NCBI RefSeq assembly: GCF_036321535.1
Contig: NC_087437.1
Coordinates: 108,502,001-108,566,000 of the forward strand
DNA from: Camelus dromedarius
Lineage: Eukaryota
DNA length: 64,000 nt
Direction of reading: 5' to 3'
Part shown: piece after piece, positions 39,526 through 53,377 of the stretch
Numbering within the stretch: position 1 is the stretch's first letter
Layout of the letters: every line of letters begins with the position of its first letter
Program-made: the position numbers and the translations under genes
Notes under the pieces: model-generated
What the model was told of the DNA's origin: nothing
The model's input: the letters and a program-made list of their open reading frames with translations, nothing else
Database searches by the model: none

Positions 39526-40384
39526 CATGAGCTGTAAAACCCAGCTCAGGGTTTTACATAGTAGATATTCAATAGATGTTTCCTGAACAAGATAAAACTG
39601 TAAACTATATCCATACTATGAAATATCTATTATTATATAAAGAATAATTACCATTAGTGAAAGTTTTTGCAACTTCAGATTCTTCTAAACTGTAGATTGC
39701 TTCCAATTTCTCATTTGTACTTACCCTATCTTCCTACTCACCCCTAAATCAAAATGGAAAATTAGTGCATAATTACTACCTATTGAAATGTATGAAAATT
39801 TACATTTTATATACCCATCTGGGTTTAATCAGGTAGACAAAGTCAACAACAGCATTATGGAAAAATAGACGGAATATAGAAATTAGGATTCCACAAATAT
39901 AGAAAGATGCAGTATTGAAGGTTTTAGAAGATAGTGGCTGGAGCATCTCTCAGCTAGAGAGGGGAATAAGCCATGTATCCCTAGGAAGTTTGAGAAGCTG
40001 ACACAACCATGAATCTGAACGAAGGTCCAACCATGGACCTTGTGGAGAGGTCTGAAAACCATTCCCTCTGCCACAACCTAGAGAAATCACAATCTGGGAA
40101 AGTCCAAAAAAAGTGCCAGAACCACTAAGTGGAAGTTTATAGAGAGGTCTCGACACCAGCTGCATCTAGCCATCAGGACCTTCCCAGGATAAAACCTTCT
40201 ATTTCATGTCCACCTGCCAAATCTCACTCAAGTTCCTCTCGTGGCAAATTCTAACTTAGCCCCATACAGGGAAGGGGATCTAAGGGAAATGCTCACTGCC
40301 TTCAAAGGGGCTGTTGGTGATGGTGCCAAGTAAAAACAACCAACCCAGCACAGTCGATGCAATACTTTTGTTAACTCATTAACT

Positions 40385-40817
40385 CAGCATCCATCCTATT
40401 ACTATAACCATCTTAAACCTCCCAGTGAAGACAATGACGTCATGCTTCCACCTAAACTAACGCAACTATCCTTCATACAGCCAATGACATGCTAGTCATT
40501 CAACAGAAGAAAAGACAGACAAAAGGTCCATATGACTCCCAATTCTTTACAATACAAAGCAAGATAAGTCCATTGTCCAGAGGCAATGTGAAACAAGGAC
40601 TTCAGTGTAAGAAAGACCCAGGTGAAAATCCTGGCTCTCCTATTGGACCATTGTGTGACCTCTGATAAGTTATGTATCTCTCAGAGCCTTAACTTCTCCA
40701 ACTGAAAAATTAGAAACCCTATCTTCTAAGATAGGTATTAGCAACATGAAATGCCTCACTCATAAAAAGTGCTCAGCAAGTCTTAACTTTTATAAATATT
40801 TATTTTAAGTGGCATGG
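40385..40817 (+). repeat. Donor copy of a 433-bp perfect direct duplication (includes MIR at about 40590-40790)
   Basis: Base-for-base identical to 49221-49653. Confidence 0.97.
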
Positions 40818-42069
40818 ATAAGTAAACATTTCTTGCTGATGACCTTTCCTGATGCTCAACAGCAAATTAAATTGTTTTCATATCCAAGTATGTATATGGT
40901 TGTATACTGCATAAACTTTCTAAAAGAAACGTTTGATGAAATTTTCAAAATTAAATCATCAATTTCTTGTTCCTGCTTCAGTAGTCGAAATATAAAGATA
41001 CAGAAGAGTGTGATTAAACAGTAAAGAGTTGGCAGCAAAATGTAAGAAAAGGAAAGGCTAAAGATCTGAATTATATACAGATTGCAAGATCAGCTCCTGA
41101 ATAATAGGAAATTAATTGTTTACTCAAAAAGGCAGCAGTCCTGTTGTATCTAAATTACGCCAGGGGTGACTTCAGAGAGGAATCAGCTTTCCCTACTACA
41201 AAGATCTAACCCATAGGTTTGTAACTCAATGCTCTAACTTCATGGTCAGAGGAGGAAAGTCTCAACTCAATTATCCTACCAGAAAACACAAATTTGTTGA
41301 CACTGGCAGGCTACAATACCCTGAAAATTTTAAGTGGAGAAAAAGACCAAAAAAAAAAAATCTGTGGGAGTCAGAATACTTGAGATGTATCTCTTCATAA
41401 CTTGGATGGTTATTCTTTTATTTGGACAAAGCATACTGAAGGTTTTTCAATGTTTGTATTGCAACTCATCCATACTTATGATATAATATCCAAAAGGCAG
41501 CCAGAAATCCCCACTTTTAAGGCTGCCAACCACAAAAAATTACTTAGCACAACAATGATCTTTCTTAACCATAAATGACGTTATCTTAGGCCAAACTTCC
41601 TAGATAGACTTGGATTGAAACTGTTTTGTACCCTAGGGCTATTGGGGGTGTAACATGCAAATTGAGAGAGGGGTGAAGTCAAACACAAAATGTAAGTGAA
41701 TTAACTCTTCAAACACCTCAAATTTTTAATAGAATGGGACATGGACTTTTTGAACTGTAGGTCTCTGAAATTAAACAGCATTTCTTGCTATGTGTGCAAA
41801 AATCCTAGAAAGTGTAAGAGACTTAAAACAATGTTTATGATTCCAAAAAATCAAGGTTCCAAAAATATGGGTTGTGTAGACAAATTTTAAATAATCTCAG
41901 TAAAGAATTTCGCTCTAACAGTAAAATAACAGTACTCATGGAAGAAAAATTACATTAGAGTCAAGTTACTCAAAACCCAAACACTTTGAAAACAAAGTCT
42001 CTCCTACAGGAACCCTTTCATTTTGGAACACTTCTAATGGCTGCAAACTTGTCCATCCACAGAGAAGGA

Positions 42070-42070
42070 G

Positions 42071-42110
<40 letters not shown>

Positions 42111-42152
42111 ACACATACATACACACACATACATACACACATACATGCATAC
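42070..42152. repeat. Compound (TA)n(CA)n(CATA)n microsatellite
   Basis: Seen directly. Confidence 0.95.
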
Positions 42153-43369
42153 TTCCCATTGTTTTTAATTTTACTTCCCAGGAAACTGGAAAAAAATATT
42201 TTTCTATTTGATAAGAATACCCAAAATGACTCCATGTCTTCTTTTCTCTAAACTTAATGTGTACAATATTTCTTAATATTATTTAGGTTTCAAATCCCTT
42301 CTTTATTCTGTGTGACTTTCCTTGAAAAGATTTCAGTTTATCAGTATCACCTTTTAAAGGTGGCATCCAAATGAAGTGTGATGAAAGAGGTGAGATCTGG
42401 TTATAGGCTCTTACCTGTCACCTCCTTGTCTCTGTGGCTTGCCTATCTACCAATGAAACCTACGGTCGAATTAGGTTTTAAGCAGACCTATTACATCATT
42501 GACTTGTCATGAGGTCATTATTAACCCAAAAAAAAAAAAAAAACCCCTCAGTCTTTTTCAGAGAAATATAATGTTAAGGAACATCTTGTCTCTTCTGTAT
42601 TTGTTCCGTTGATGTTGAAATCATTGTAACAATTTACTTTAATCCTATTACATTTCATACTGTTAAACCTGGTCCTTTATTTCAACCTGATTCATGATCT
42701 TCATTCTGTCATCCAGTAAATTCGCTAAAACTTTCAAAGTCTGTGTTAACTCTGTGTTTCCTGAGTACACCCACAATGTTGAAAGCATAGTCTCAGACAC
42801 TTACTGCACGTGACCAGACTCTCTGGCATTCAGAGATACTAATTACTTTTCATAGATGCAACTTAGCATTCAAAGATTCACAAATTCTCCTAAATATATT
42901 ACCATCCTGACCACATTTTCCTTCTTTGTCCACAAAGATATTATCTCTGTACCATAAAAGGCTGGTATATTTTCCCCATCAATCAACCCAGAAGCTTTAT
43001 TGAACAAAGAAATTCGGGAAATCTGAAAGGCCTTGTTTTAAGTGCGTTCATAATCACTTACAGCAAGCAATTCTGGTTTTGCAAAGGGCTCAAAAGATAT
43101 CTTTTAATTAATCTGAGTATTTTGTCCCAAATTGATAATCCAGCTCATCAATCCATAGTGTTCAAAATATTTGTTTTTATTTCAGGATATTCATACCTAT
43201 TTTGGCAGCATTGCTCATTTCTAGGTTTTTAGCACCTCTATCATTGCCCAAGACATTTCACAAAATGCCAAAAGAAGTTGGAATATAAAAAACCTTAGTA
43301 ATGGTGCAATATATTATTAGATTTTGTTAGTGACTATATTGTCTAGGACTTTTGGACATTTGTTAATGT

Positions 43370-44210
43370 AAAATTGTACTGTAGTTTTTCTTCCTTTGGC
43401 TGGTTTGGTAGCAAGATCTAGAGAACTTCCATGAAATGAGATTGGGTATTGCTGCTCCTTTACTATTTTTGGAACGATTTGTGAATGACTATCACTAAGT
43501 CTTTTTAAAATATTTGACAGAATAGAGAACCCATGTGGGTCTGAACCCTTTGAAGGGAGGAAAATATAATTATGAATCAATTATTTAATAGTTAAAAGAC
43601 TATTCTTTTTTTTTTTTACTTTTTTAGTATCAGTTTTAGGAAATTATTTTTTCTAAAAAATGGGTCTATTTCATCTAAATTCTGAAATTTACTGGTCTTG
43701 AAATTTTCAAAATATTTTCTTATTGCCTTTCTATTGTCTGCTGGATGTATAGTAATATGTTCTTCTTATATGATATTTATTATTCATTTTCTCTATTTTT
43801 TTTCTAATTAATCTCCTGAGGAATTTACCAACTATTTTAGTCTTGTCACAAAAACTAAATCTTGACTTTGTCTTCTTTATTATATTTGCTCTGTGGTTAC
43901 TTTCTCTTATTATCTGTTTTTTAAATTTCAACCATCTTTATATTTTACTTGCTATTCTCTTTCTAACTTCTTGAGATGGATGCTTAACTTACTAATCTTC
44001 CTATTTCCTTCTTTTCTAAAGCATTTAATTAAGTCTCTGCATAGCCCTCCAAGTACTACTTTACTAATAACCTTCCACTGAGATACGAAATGTTTTATTA
44101 GAATTTCACTATCATATCATTCTTTCTCAAATTTTTGATGGCTTTTCTATTTTTTATTGATTTTTAAGTTAATTGCATGATGATCAGAGAATCTCTCTGT
44201 ACTTTTCAAT
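43370..44210 (-). mobile_element. Ancient L1 ORF2 fragment
   Basis: Minus ORF 43731-43931 (KTKSRFSFCDKTKIVGKFLRRLIRKK) resembles the L1 ORF2 KSWFFEKINKIDKPLARL region. Confidence 0.65.
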
Positions 44211-44321
44211 CTTTCTTGAGAAGAGCTCACCCTGAGTCTCTTCCACCTCATTTCCTGGTTCTAAGGAAGGTCTTCTATTTGTTTCTCCCCTACTTTGAAG
44301 ACCCCTCATTTCTCTAGCTTA

Positions 44322-44533
44322 ACACTGCCCAAAAGAACTTTCTGTGATGACAGAAATGTTCTACACCTGCACTGTCCATTACAGCAACCAGTAGCCTCAT
44401 GGGGCTATTGGACACTTGAAATGTGCCTAATGTAACTGACAAACTGATTTTTTAATTTTATTTATTACTAATTAATTAAATTTCCATTTAAATAATCAAG
44501 GTGACCAGTGGTTACCACATTGGGCAGCACAGC
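44322..44533. mobile_element. MER3-like hAT-Charlie element
   Basis: 'agaactttctgtgatgacagaaatgttcta...gtggttaccacattgggcagcacag'. Confidence 0.8.
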
Positions 44534-44554
44534 TCTAATCAACTTTTTCTCTGT

Positions 44555-45095
44555 CTGTCAGTCAGGATCCAGGCAGGCAGGTGTTATCTGAACAGAGAGA
44601 AAGTAGCATAAATAATTGTTACTAGATATAAATTTGTGAAGTAGAGAAAAAAGAGAACTTTAAGGAATCACAAAAGTGGCAACTGCAGGAAGTGGCTACC
44701 ATTCCCTAGAGCTGAGGGAACAAAAGAAAGACCCCAGAATATATAAACTTAGAAATTTGAAGGAGAGGCCCCCATGAGCTGGGACTTAGACCCATGAAGA
44801 AGGAATAGGGGTGGGCAGAAAGTGGGGGTCACACAATGAAGCTTGTTTGACAAGTGTGGGAAAAGCTTCTGCCATGTCATGAAGGAACTGCTGCTGCAAA
44901 GGTGAAGGAGTGTTGCTAGGATGATGGTCACAGGAACTTCAAGCAAACAGGAAGCCCGCAGGAACCAACAAGAAGCAGCGAGCCTCCTCAGGCTCCTCCA
45001 GCCTTGCAATCTCTCTTGCACCCCTTGCTGGCAGAGCCTAACAGGACAAGCAAAAGGTGGCTTGCAGCGTCCAGGTCCCAGCATCACCAAGCAGT
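44555..45095 (-). mobile_element. Probable old LTR
   Basis: 'tgtcagtcaggatccaggcagg' LTR-like terminus; family not assigned. Confidence 0.35.
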
Positions 45096-45537
45096 TTCCT
45101 AGCAGAGAGTCAAAACTAGCACACTCTCCTATTTGCTTCTCCCTTCTCCCCCTTGTCTCTTACTTTCCCCAAGCCCAATCTTACGTGGTCTTTGAAAGAA
45201 AAAGCAAATCAGCAAACATGCATCTGAGAACCTTTCAGTACTAAGACCAATCAACAGTTTCTTAAATCTTTTTTTCAATTCCAGTGAGAAATAGAGGAGA
45301 GAAATTCATTCTTAATGGATGAGAGAGGAAAGACGAGAACCCACGAAGAACAATCTGATTTAAAGATTGCCATATTTTAAACACTTTTTGTAAAGATATT
45401 GGTAGAGAGAAGTTTTCTACCTATAAAAGAGAAGCAGCAAGTGCAGTAATTGGGAGCTGACACCTTTGGTGTTGTGAAGTAGTAGCAATTGGTCAGGACC
45501 CTAGAGTGCACATGCCCATCCAAAGAGGGAAGTAGGT

Positions 45538-45705
45538 GTGGGAGGGTGTGGCTCAAGTGTTAGAGTGCATGCTTACCATACACATGGTCCTCGGTTTGAT
45601 CCCTAGTTCCTCCTCTAAAAAAATAAATAAATAAGTAAACTTAATTACCACAAGTTTATTTTAAATTTTTAAAATTAAAATCAAAAAAAAAAAAAAAAAA
45701 AAAAA
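45538..45705 (+). mobile_element. tRNA-derived camelid-type SINE (vic-1-like)
   Basis: 'ggagggtgtggctcaagtgttagagtgcatgctta...ggtttgatcccta...aaacttaattacc' plus long poly(A). Confidence 0.85.
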
Positions 45706-45920
45706 GGACAGTGGCTGCCCCACCAGCCGCAGACTGCAGTGTGGTAATGAGTCCAGTTCCCAGATGGCCTAATTTTCTGAGATGCCAAAAATCTGGATTT
45801 TTATGTGAAAGCTTCCAATTTCAAAATGTTGGCTCAAAAAAGTTTTAAACATTGTATAAGCCAAATGAAACACTGAGATGGGCCAAATCTAGCCTGTGGC
45901 CATGGTTTGGGACTTCTGCA
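45706..45920. mobile_element. hAT-Charlie element (MER102-like) interrupted by the SINE
   Basis: 'aaaaatctggatttttatgtgaaa...gggccaaatctagcctgtgg...gtttgggacttctg'. Confidence 0.5.
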
Positions 45921-47764
45921 GTGCAGCATGCAGACGAAAGGGGATCTGCGGGAACACCGAGACCTCAAGTATCACATCACATGGCCCATAAGAAAGAACA
46001 GCCTAGTTCAACATCGTGTGATAACCTGAATTTTACTGCAATGTTGGCTTCTTATCTTAGGCTTTCTTTTTTTCTTTCTTTTGTTTCCTTTTCTTTCTTT
46101 CTCTTTTTGATTGTTGTCGTTGATGACGTTAAGACAAAGTCAACTTAACCTAGCATGGTCGGTCATTAAGATAATCACTTACTTCAGTGTGGAGTTAATT
46201 TAAAATGAGCACTTTAGGAGAAATAAATCAAATATATAATTATAATTCTGAGGTTTTGGAATTGACTTCAAAAGAGTTGGCACCTCTTAAGTTTCACCGT
46301 GAGAGCAATAGTCAGTCACTGGAATATCTGGTAGGGTATGTACACTGGAGACAAATTGAAATAAACACCAACATATGTACATATATACACATATGCTGTT
46401 GTACATATAATATAATCATATATTAAATTCCATCGTCTTTGGCAGAAATTTCTGTACAGCTCTATTACAAAATAATAAAGTATATTGCAAAATAAAATGT
46501 GTAGACACTAAAACTGGAATTAAAAGTTTTGCAATATTTGTCACTTTTCAGTAGGTTCTTTGATGGTTGATTGTTCATTTGAGTATCATAAAATCTTTTT
46601 TTCCCATATGGAAGTTTTATACATATTCCTAAGCCACATGGAGTAGACACTTTGACTTGTATGCAAAAGATTTGTGGCCTTTGCAAAGCCATTGTAATTT
46701 CTCTTGTGGTGCAGATGAAGCCATAAATAAATATATGTATAAATAGTGTCATATGTTTCTGAGTATCTTACTTGCTCTTGCTCATCAGAAGTAAATCACT
46801 ACATAGGCCCACATTTTGAAGGAGCTAAAGCTAAAGGATGAAACTGTGGGTTTCATCAAATATAATATTTCTCTTCCTTTCCTACTTCCATTCAATTCGA
46901 ACAAGTACTCTACCTACATTAACTACCATCAACTATACCTGCACTGAAGTTTAAATTTATTAAAGAGGGATATTAGAGAGTATTGAAAGCATGATCTTTT
47001 TTCCTCTTAAAATCTGTCTTTTTTTATTTATGTAATCTAAAAAGAAGTCAATCACTCTGTTAGCAATCTAGCAGACTGTATCTGCAGATCTTCATCTTAT
47101 GTTCTACATTTGCAGCGTGTCCTTCATGCCTAAGTCTCTAATAATACTCATTCCATAGGCTTAAATGCTCAGAAAGGAAAATGAAGTAAGCCTGTAGATT
47201 ATAACAGCATTTACTAACATTGAATGTGAGATTTTGATACCCCAAAAGGATAACTTCTTTTTATATTGATTTTATATTTACTTCGGTTTTTAAAATTAAT
47301 ATTTACTTATTAGAATAAATGTATAAACTTAATTCCTTCCTAAACTTTTAGATTCAATGTACAAAGCTTATTATTCCATTTATAACTCCAAAAATTATTA
47401 ATGGTCATTTTTAAAGAGACTGTGATTAATTTACAAGTACATGTAAAAATTTAGTTATTTAAGTTTCTTTAAATATTTCTTGATTGCATTTATATATTTA
47501 GGTACTTAATTGTCCAGTTTACCCGCCCCCCAAAAAAAAGAAAATTTTGCAAACCTTTAAGTAATTCTTCTGTAGGTAATAAGTTAAACTTATAAATATG
47601 ATAGACATCAAGTTCTCTTAAATTTTCAATATTATTCATAAACATCAATCTTTGACCTTAAAATAACAAGTCCAAATTAATTATGTAGATTTTACATTTT
47701 GAATTAGAATTCCTTAAAGAAGTTGTGATGTGTATGTATATATATGTGGTGTATGTATATATAA

Positions 47765-47993
47765 CGAAATGTTATTTGGCTATAAAAAAAAAAACAAGAA
47801 AATCCTGTAATTTGTGACTTTGATGGACCTTGAAGGCATTATGATGAGTGAGATAAGTCAGAAAAAGACAAATACTATATGATCTTACTTATATGGAGTC
47901 TAAAAAACAAAAAAACATCAAACTCATGGAAAAAAGATAACAGATTTGTGGTGACCAGAGGCCAAGGGGCAGGAGAGGGAGTGGGGAACTGGA
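47765..47993 (+). mobile_element. L1 3' region fragment
   Basis: 'gatggaccttgaaggcattatgatgagtgagataagtcag...agacaaatactatatgatc'. Confidence 0.8.
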
Positions 47994-47997
47994 GTGA

Positions 47998-48425
47998 TTA
48001 GATATTTACCCAAATATTATTCTAGATGTTTCTATGAGGATGTTTTAGGTGAGATTATATCAGTGGACTTTGCATAAAGAAGATTGTTCTCCAAGTGTGA
48101 GTGAGCTTTATTCAATCAGTTGAAAGCCTGAATAAACCAAAAGACTGGGTCTCTGCCCCACCCCAACCCCAAAAAGAAAGAACTTCTCCATCAGATAGCT
48201 TACAGGCTTTGCAACATCAACTCTTCCTGATTCTACTTTACACACTGCCTTTGAACTCAAAATGAAACATTGGCTCTACAGGGTCACTAGCCTGCTGGCC
48301 CATCCTGCAGATTTTAGACTTGCCAGCCTCCATAATCATAAGATCCAATCCCTTGTAGTAAATCTCTTTCTCTATATATGCACATCCTAATGGTCCTGGT
48401 TTTCTGGAGAACTCTGACCAATACA
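47998..48425 (+). mobile_element. ERVL LTR (MLT2-like)
   Basis: 'caatcagttgaaagcctgaata...gacttgccagcctccataatca...tttctggagaactctgaccaataca'. Confidence 0.85.
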
Positions 48426-48638
48426 TCCCTGTTGTTCTCCAATGTCCCTGGATCTTTGAGTTTGTTTCCATTTGTCTGAGCTTTGACTAGAAACAGATTG
48501 GAAATCAACTTCTTACTCTGTCTCCCATCTATCCTTTTTTTTTATATATTTTGTATGTATGATTTTGGTGAGAAAATTTTAGAAAGTATTTTCTGTGTTT
48601 AACTGTTATAGTTTTGATTATTTAAGGAAATCATTCAA

Positions 48639-50317
48639 TTTTTTTAATTGAAGTATAGTTGATTTGCAATGCTGTGTTAGTTTCAGGTATACAGCAAAGT
48701 GATTCAATTATACATATACATATGCATATATATATTCTTTTTCAGATTCTTTTCCATTATAGGTTATTGCAAGTTATTGAATTACCTGTGCTATAAAGTA
48801 GGTCATTGTTGTCCATCTACTTTAAATATAGTAGCATGTATATGTTTATCACCAACTCTCAATTTATCCCTCTCCCCTGCTTCTTTCCCCTTTGGTAGCC
48901 ATAGTTTGTTTTCTATGTCTGTGAGTCTCTTTCTGGTTTGTAAATAAATTCATTTGTATCATTTTTTTTAGATTCTACATATAAGCAATATTATATGATA
49001 TTTGTCTTTCTCTGTCTGACTTATTTCACTTAATATGATCATCTTTAGGTCCATCCATGTTGCTGCAAATGGTATTATTTCATTCTTTTTTATGGCTGAG
49101 TAGTATTCCATTATATATATTTTTTATATATATATCTCACATTTTCTTTATACATTCATCTGTCAATGGACATCTAGATTGCTTTCATGTGTTGACTATT
49201 GTAAATAGTGCTGCTATGAACAGCATCCATCCTATTACTATAACCATCTTAAACCTCCCAGTGAAGACAATGACGTCATGCTTCCACCTAAACTAACGCA
49301 ACTATCCTTCATACAGCCAATGACATGCTAGTCATTCAACAGAAGAAAAGACAGACAAAAGGTCCATATGACTCCCAATTCTTTACAATACAAAGCAAGA
49401 TAAGTCCATTGTCCAGAGGCAATGTGAAACAAGGACTTCAGTGTAAGAAAGACCCAGGTGAAAATCCTGGCTCTCCTATTGGACCATTGTGTGACCTCTG
49501 ATAAGTTATGTATCTCTCAGAGCCTTAACTTCTCCAACTGAAAAATTAGAAACCCTATCTTCTAAGATAGGTATTAGCAACATGAAATGCCTCACTCATA
49601 AAAAGTGCTCAGCAAGTCTTAACTTTTATAAATATTTATTTTAAGTGGCATGGGGTGCATGTATCTTTTCAAATTAGAGTTTTCTCTGGACATATGCCCA
49701 GGAGTGGGATTGCTGGATCATATGGTAACTCTATTTTTAGTTTTTTAAGGAGCCTTCATATTGTCCTCCATAGTGGCTGCACCAGTTTTCATTTTCACCA
49801 ACAGTGTAGGAGGGTTCCTTTTTCTCCACACCTTCTCCAGCATTTATTATTTGTAGGCTTTTTAATGATAGTCATTCTCATTGGTGTGGAGTGATACCTC
49901 ATTGTAGTTTTGATTTGCATTTTTCAAATAATTAGTGATGTTGAGCATCTTTTCATGTGCCTGTTGGCCATCCATATGTCTTCTTCAGAAAAATGTCTAT
50001 ATAGGCCTTCTGCCCATTGTTTGATTTTTTTTTTTTACATTAAGCCATATAAGCTGTTTATATATTTTGGAATATATTAATCCCTTGTCAGTCTCATCAT
50101 TTGCACATGTTTTCTCCCATTCCATAGGTTGTCTTTTTGTTTTGTTTATGATTTCCTTTGCTGTGCAAAAGCTTTTAAGTTTAATTAGGTCACATTTACT
50201 TATTTTTGCTTTTATTCCCATTACTCTTGGAGATGGATCAAAAATTATATTGCTGTAATTTATGTCAGAGACTGTTCTCCCTATGTTTTCCTCTGGAAGT
50301 TTTAGAGTATCCAGTGT
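48639..50317 (-). mobile_element. Lineage-specific 5'-truncated L1, interrupted at 49221-49653
   Basis: 3' UTR plus ORF2 C-terminus (49997-50221: KAKISKCDLIKLKSFCTAKEIINKTKRQPMEWEK); same family as 31695-32481. Confidence 0.92.
49221..49653 (+). repeat. Inserted copy of 40385-40817
   Basis: 433/433 identity; splits the L1 motif 'atgaaca-t-tggggtgcatgtatc'. Confidence 0.97.
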
Positions 50318-51567
50318 TCAAATAATGTTTATTATGCTCTTAATACCAGAAAAAGAGTTGAGGTTGCTAATATATGTCTTTGGAGAACCTGACACACATA
50401 AAATCATCCTCTTCTAGGGATATTGCCTTCTTACAAAGAGTAAGTGTGATGGGTAAATAGATATAGGAACAATTTTGTAGATCAAGCTACTGTTTAACCG
50501 CATATTGAATAGACGTGAAGTGACAAGATCAACTAGAGGAAATAGTTAAGAAACTGTCCTCTACTAAACCATTAAATGAAGCAGAAGCCATTATGTCCCA
50601 AAGATTTAGAATAAATTTGCCCAGGTTGGAACAAAAAGTTAAAAGGGCAGTAAAAATCAGAGCAGCTTCTCTTTAGGAATGAGCGCTCTCTTGCTATATT
50701 TAAATCCTGTTTAACCATTCATCTCAGAATGTGTATTCAGGAGAGACTATAGTTATGAGTACTTAACCAATCAATTGAGCTTGCTATGTAGGAAATAGAT
50801 TGAGAGCTAAATCCATTTCAGAGATGTTCATATTATGAAAATAAATAGGAAAAAAACTAATTTTATGCAGTAATTTAAGGGTTTTAAAAAATTCTTTCTT
50901 CAAAGAGAAGTGATGAAGTGTGGAGGCCAGAAAACAGAATTTGGAATCATAAAAATCTGTCTCTGCTGCTGTGCTATCATATAGCTATGTGATTTTGTTA
51001 AGATTCAACCTCTTTGCCCGTAAAAGAAGATCATAATTTCTCTGCAAGTTTTTTATTAGAAGTAAAGCTAATATCTGTAAAATGCCTCTGTGTAGGCCCT
51101 AAATAAATACATGCTATTATTTTACACAATTTTTTAAATTGTGACTTTACCCGGTGCAAGTTGCATCTCATTGCCATGAACTCATGGAATATGTAAAAAT
51201 GTGTTGTTTCATTGGATTTTTATTCTAATGAAGTGCTTTGCTAGAAATTGTAGAATCTGCCTTCAGGTTTCTGGGTCAAACTGAAAGGAAAAGCCATAAT
51301 TTCTGTCCTCTGTTGAGAGAATTAGAAAGTGGAAACAGAAATATTTTAGACCAAAATGGTGAGGGGAGAGGAAAAGAGAGGGAGTAAAAAACAAATATTG
51401 CAAAAGATAGTCGTTCTCTGAAGGATGTCTTGTACACACATTTTACTGCTGAGATGTGGAATCTTTCTGTTCTAGGTGAAATTGGGCAATTTGCTTTTGC
51501 AAGAGGAGCATTAATATTGTTTCAAATAAAGAGGGGTAAGATGTGTTGACAACTTATTCTAGAGACA

Positions 51568-51790
51568 ATAGGGTGGTCAAGAGAACAGCTTCTCCAGCCA
51601 GACTTCCCAGTGCTACATTGTCTAGCTATGTGGCCAGTGTGAGCCCAGATCTTCACCCACATAATGAGGATAATAATAGTCCCTACCTCACAGAGTTGTT
51701 GGGAGAATTGAATGAAATAATATATGGGAAGTACTTAGGTGAGCACCTGGCATGTACTAACATTTATTATTAGTTGTATTATTGCTGATG
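51568..51790 (+). mobile_element. MIR SINE
   Basis: 'ataatgaggataataatagtccctacctcacagagttgttgggagaattgaatgaaataa'. Confidence 0.8.
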
Positions 51791-52104
51791 AAACAAAGAG
51801 CAAAAGAAGCAATACCCCCTACTCTACCTAGGAAAAGCACATTGAGGCCCTAAGGGAGGAAACTCAGAATCAAGACCCTCCCTGAGAGTGTTATAGATCC
51901 TGACTAAATCTCTTTATAAGCCAAGTTTCTCCTTCTCTAGCATTTTCATGTAGCTTAAGTCAAAATAAAACAAACTATGAAGAAAGCCTCAAATCAGTCT
52001 TCAAAAGGTATCTAGAAATCTGAAAGTAGTATGTGAAAAGGAATTCAAGCCTTGTTTTCACCCTAGTTTGATATTTGCCTTGTTTGCCTCATTTAGTTAG
52101 TGGC

Positions 52105-52545
52105 TGTATTTGTTAGCTTTTGCTGCAGTAATGATGTATAAGAAACAATCCCAAATCTCATTGGCTTAAACAATTAAAAGTTATTTTTCACACATGAGTC
52201 TGTGAGGCAGCTACAGTGACTATGTTCCAGGCTGTGCATCTGGTCCCCTCATTCTGGGTTGTGCAACATCCCTCACAGGCCGATGCACTCATAGCTACCT
52301 GGGATAAGTTCTCATGGCAGAGGGCAAGAAATAAAGCCTAACAACATAAACAAACTTTTAAACAACTTTAAACAAAGTTAAAATCTTACTTGAACAGGAA
52401 GTATGTCATTCCATTGGCCAAATCAATATTATAACCACATCTCAAAACTTTGGAACCACATCCAAAAACTCTGGAACAGTGAAGTAATCGCCTCTGGTGC
52501 AAAGGGTGTGGTATTTGCTGAACACTAATGAAATCTATCACACTT
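52105..52545 (-). mobile_element. Old MaLR LTR
   Basis: 'tgtatttgttagcttttgctgcagtaa...cccaaatctcattggcttaaacaa...ccattggccaaa'. Confidence 0.65.
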
Positions 52546-52614
52546 GACATACTGTTAGGGTCCTATCAAGTCTAAGACCCAGGCTGACCATGTCAATTGA
52601 TTGACCTTTTTCTG

Positions 52615-52795
52615 TGATGTGAATCTCAAAAGTCAAAGTGCATCAAAATCACCAAGGGACTTATTAAAAATATAAGTGATTTGGCTCTCCCACAGTGATT
52701 CTGATTTGATAAATTTGAAAGCCAGACTCAAGTTCTGTATGGTGACCAACCTCACCAGCAATCGCGTCATACACCAAAGTTTGAGAATCATTGGG
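52615..52795. mobile_element. MER5-type MITE
   Basis: 'gtgcatcaaaatcacc...gattctgattt...ccaaagtttgagaatcattg'. Confidence 0.65.
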
Positions 52796-52899
52796 AAAGT
52801 TATACCTGGAGATCAGAGCAAGTCACGATTGGGAGCAATTGCCTCCCTCTTATGTCTTGTTGCCCCAGTGGAGAAGGGAAGATAACACAGTGACAACAT

Positions 52900-53377
52900 T
52901 CCCACTTGCAGAAAAAAATAAAAGAGACTGAGTTGGGATTTCTGATGGATTCAACTACTGGCTCCCAATTCTTTTTCCCCACCTCTGCCACTGGACTTTG
53001 CTGTTCCTTCTGCTGAATTTTACCACCTTGTTGATGCAGGACTTAGGCACATGACCCACTTTGGGCAGTGATATAAGATAACAGAGCATCAGTTCCAAGT
53101 TTAAGGCATGTTCTTCCTTTGCCCATCTGATTTTCATCTTGAGAAGAGCATCCCCCAATAGCTGCTACCTCTCCATACTGGGCCCCAGAATTAACACTCA
53201 TTGACAGGCAAGAATCCAAGCCCATCTGAACCCAAAGTGAATCAGAGCTGCCTAGTCAAAACCAATCAGATCAACCAACCTCCACCTGAAAATTGTATGA
53301 GTGCAAGAAAAAATGATTGCTATTTGAGCCTACATGTGTTGAGGTGGTTTTTCACTCAGCAAAAGTTAATTCACACA
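52900..53377 (+). mobile_element. Old MaLR LTR
   Basis: 'aaatgattgctatttgagcc...gtggtttttcactcagcaaaagttaattcacaca' 3' end. Confidence 0.55.

Noticed and set aside
49221..49653. L1 3' transduction as the source of the duplication
   Set aside because: Insert is internal to the L1, lacks poly(A) and its own TSD, and the donor is not next to an L1 3' end
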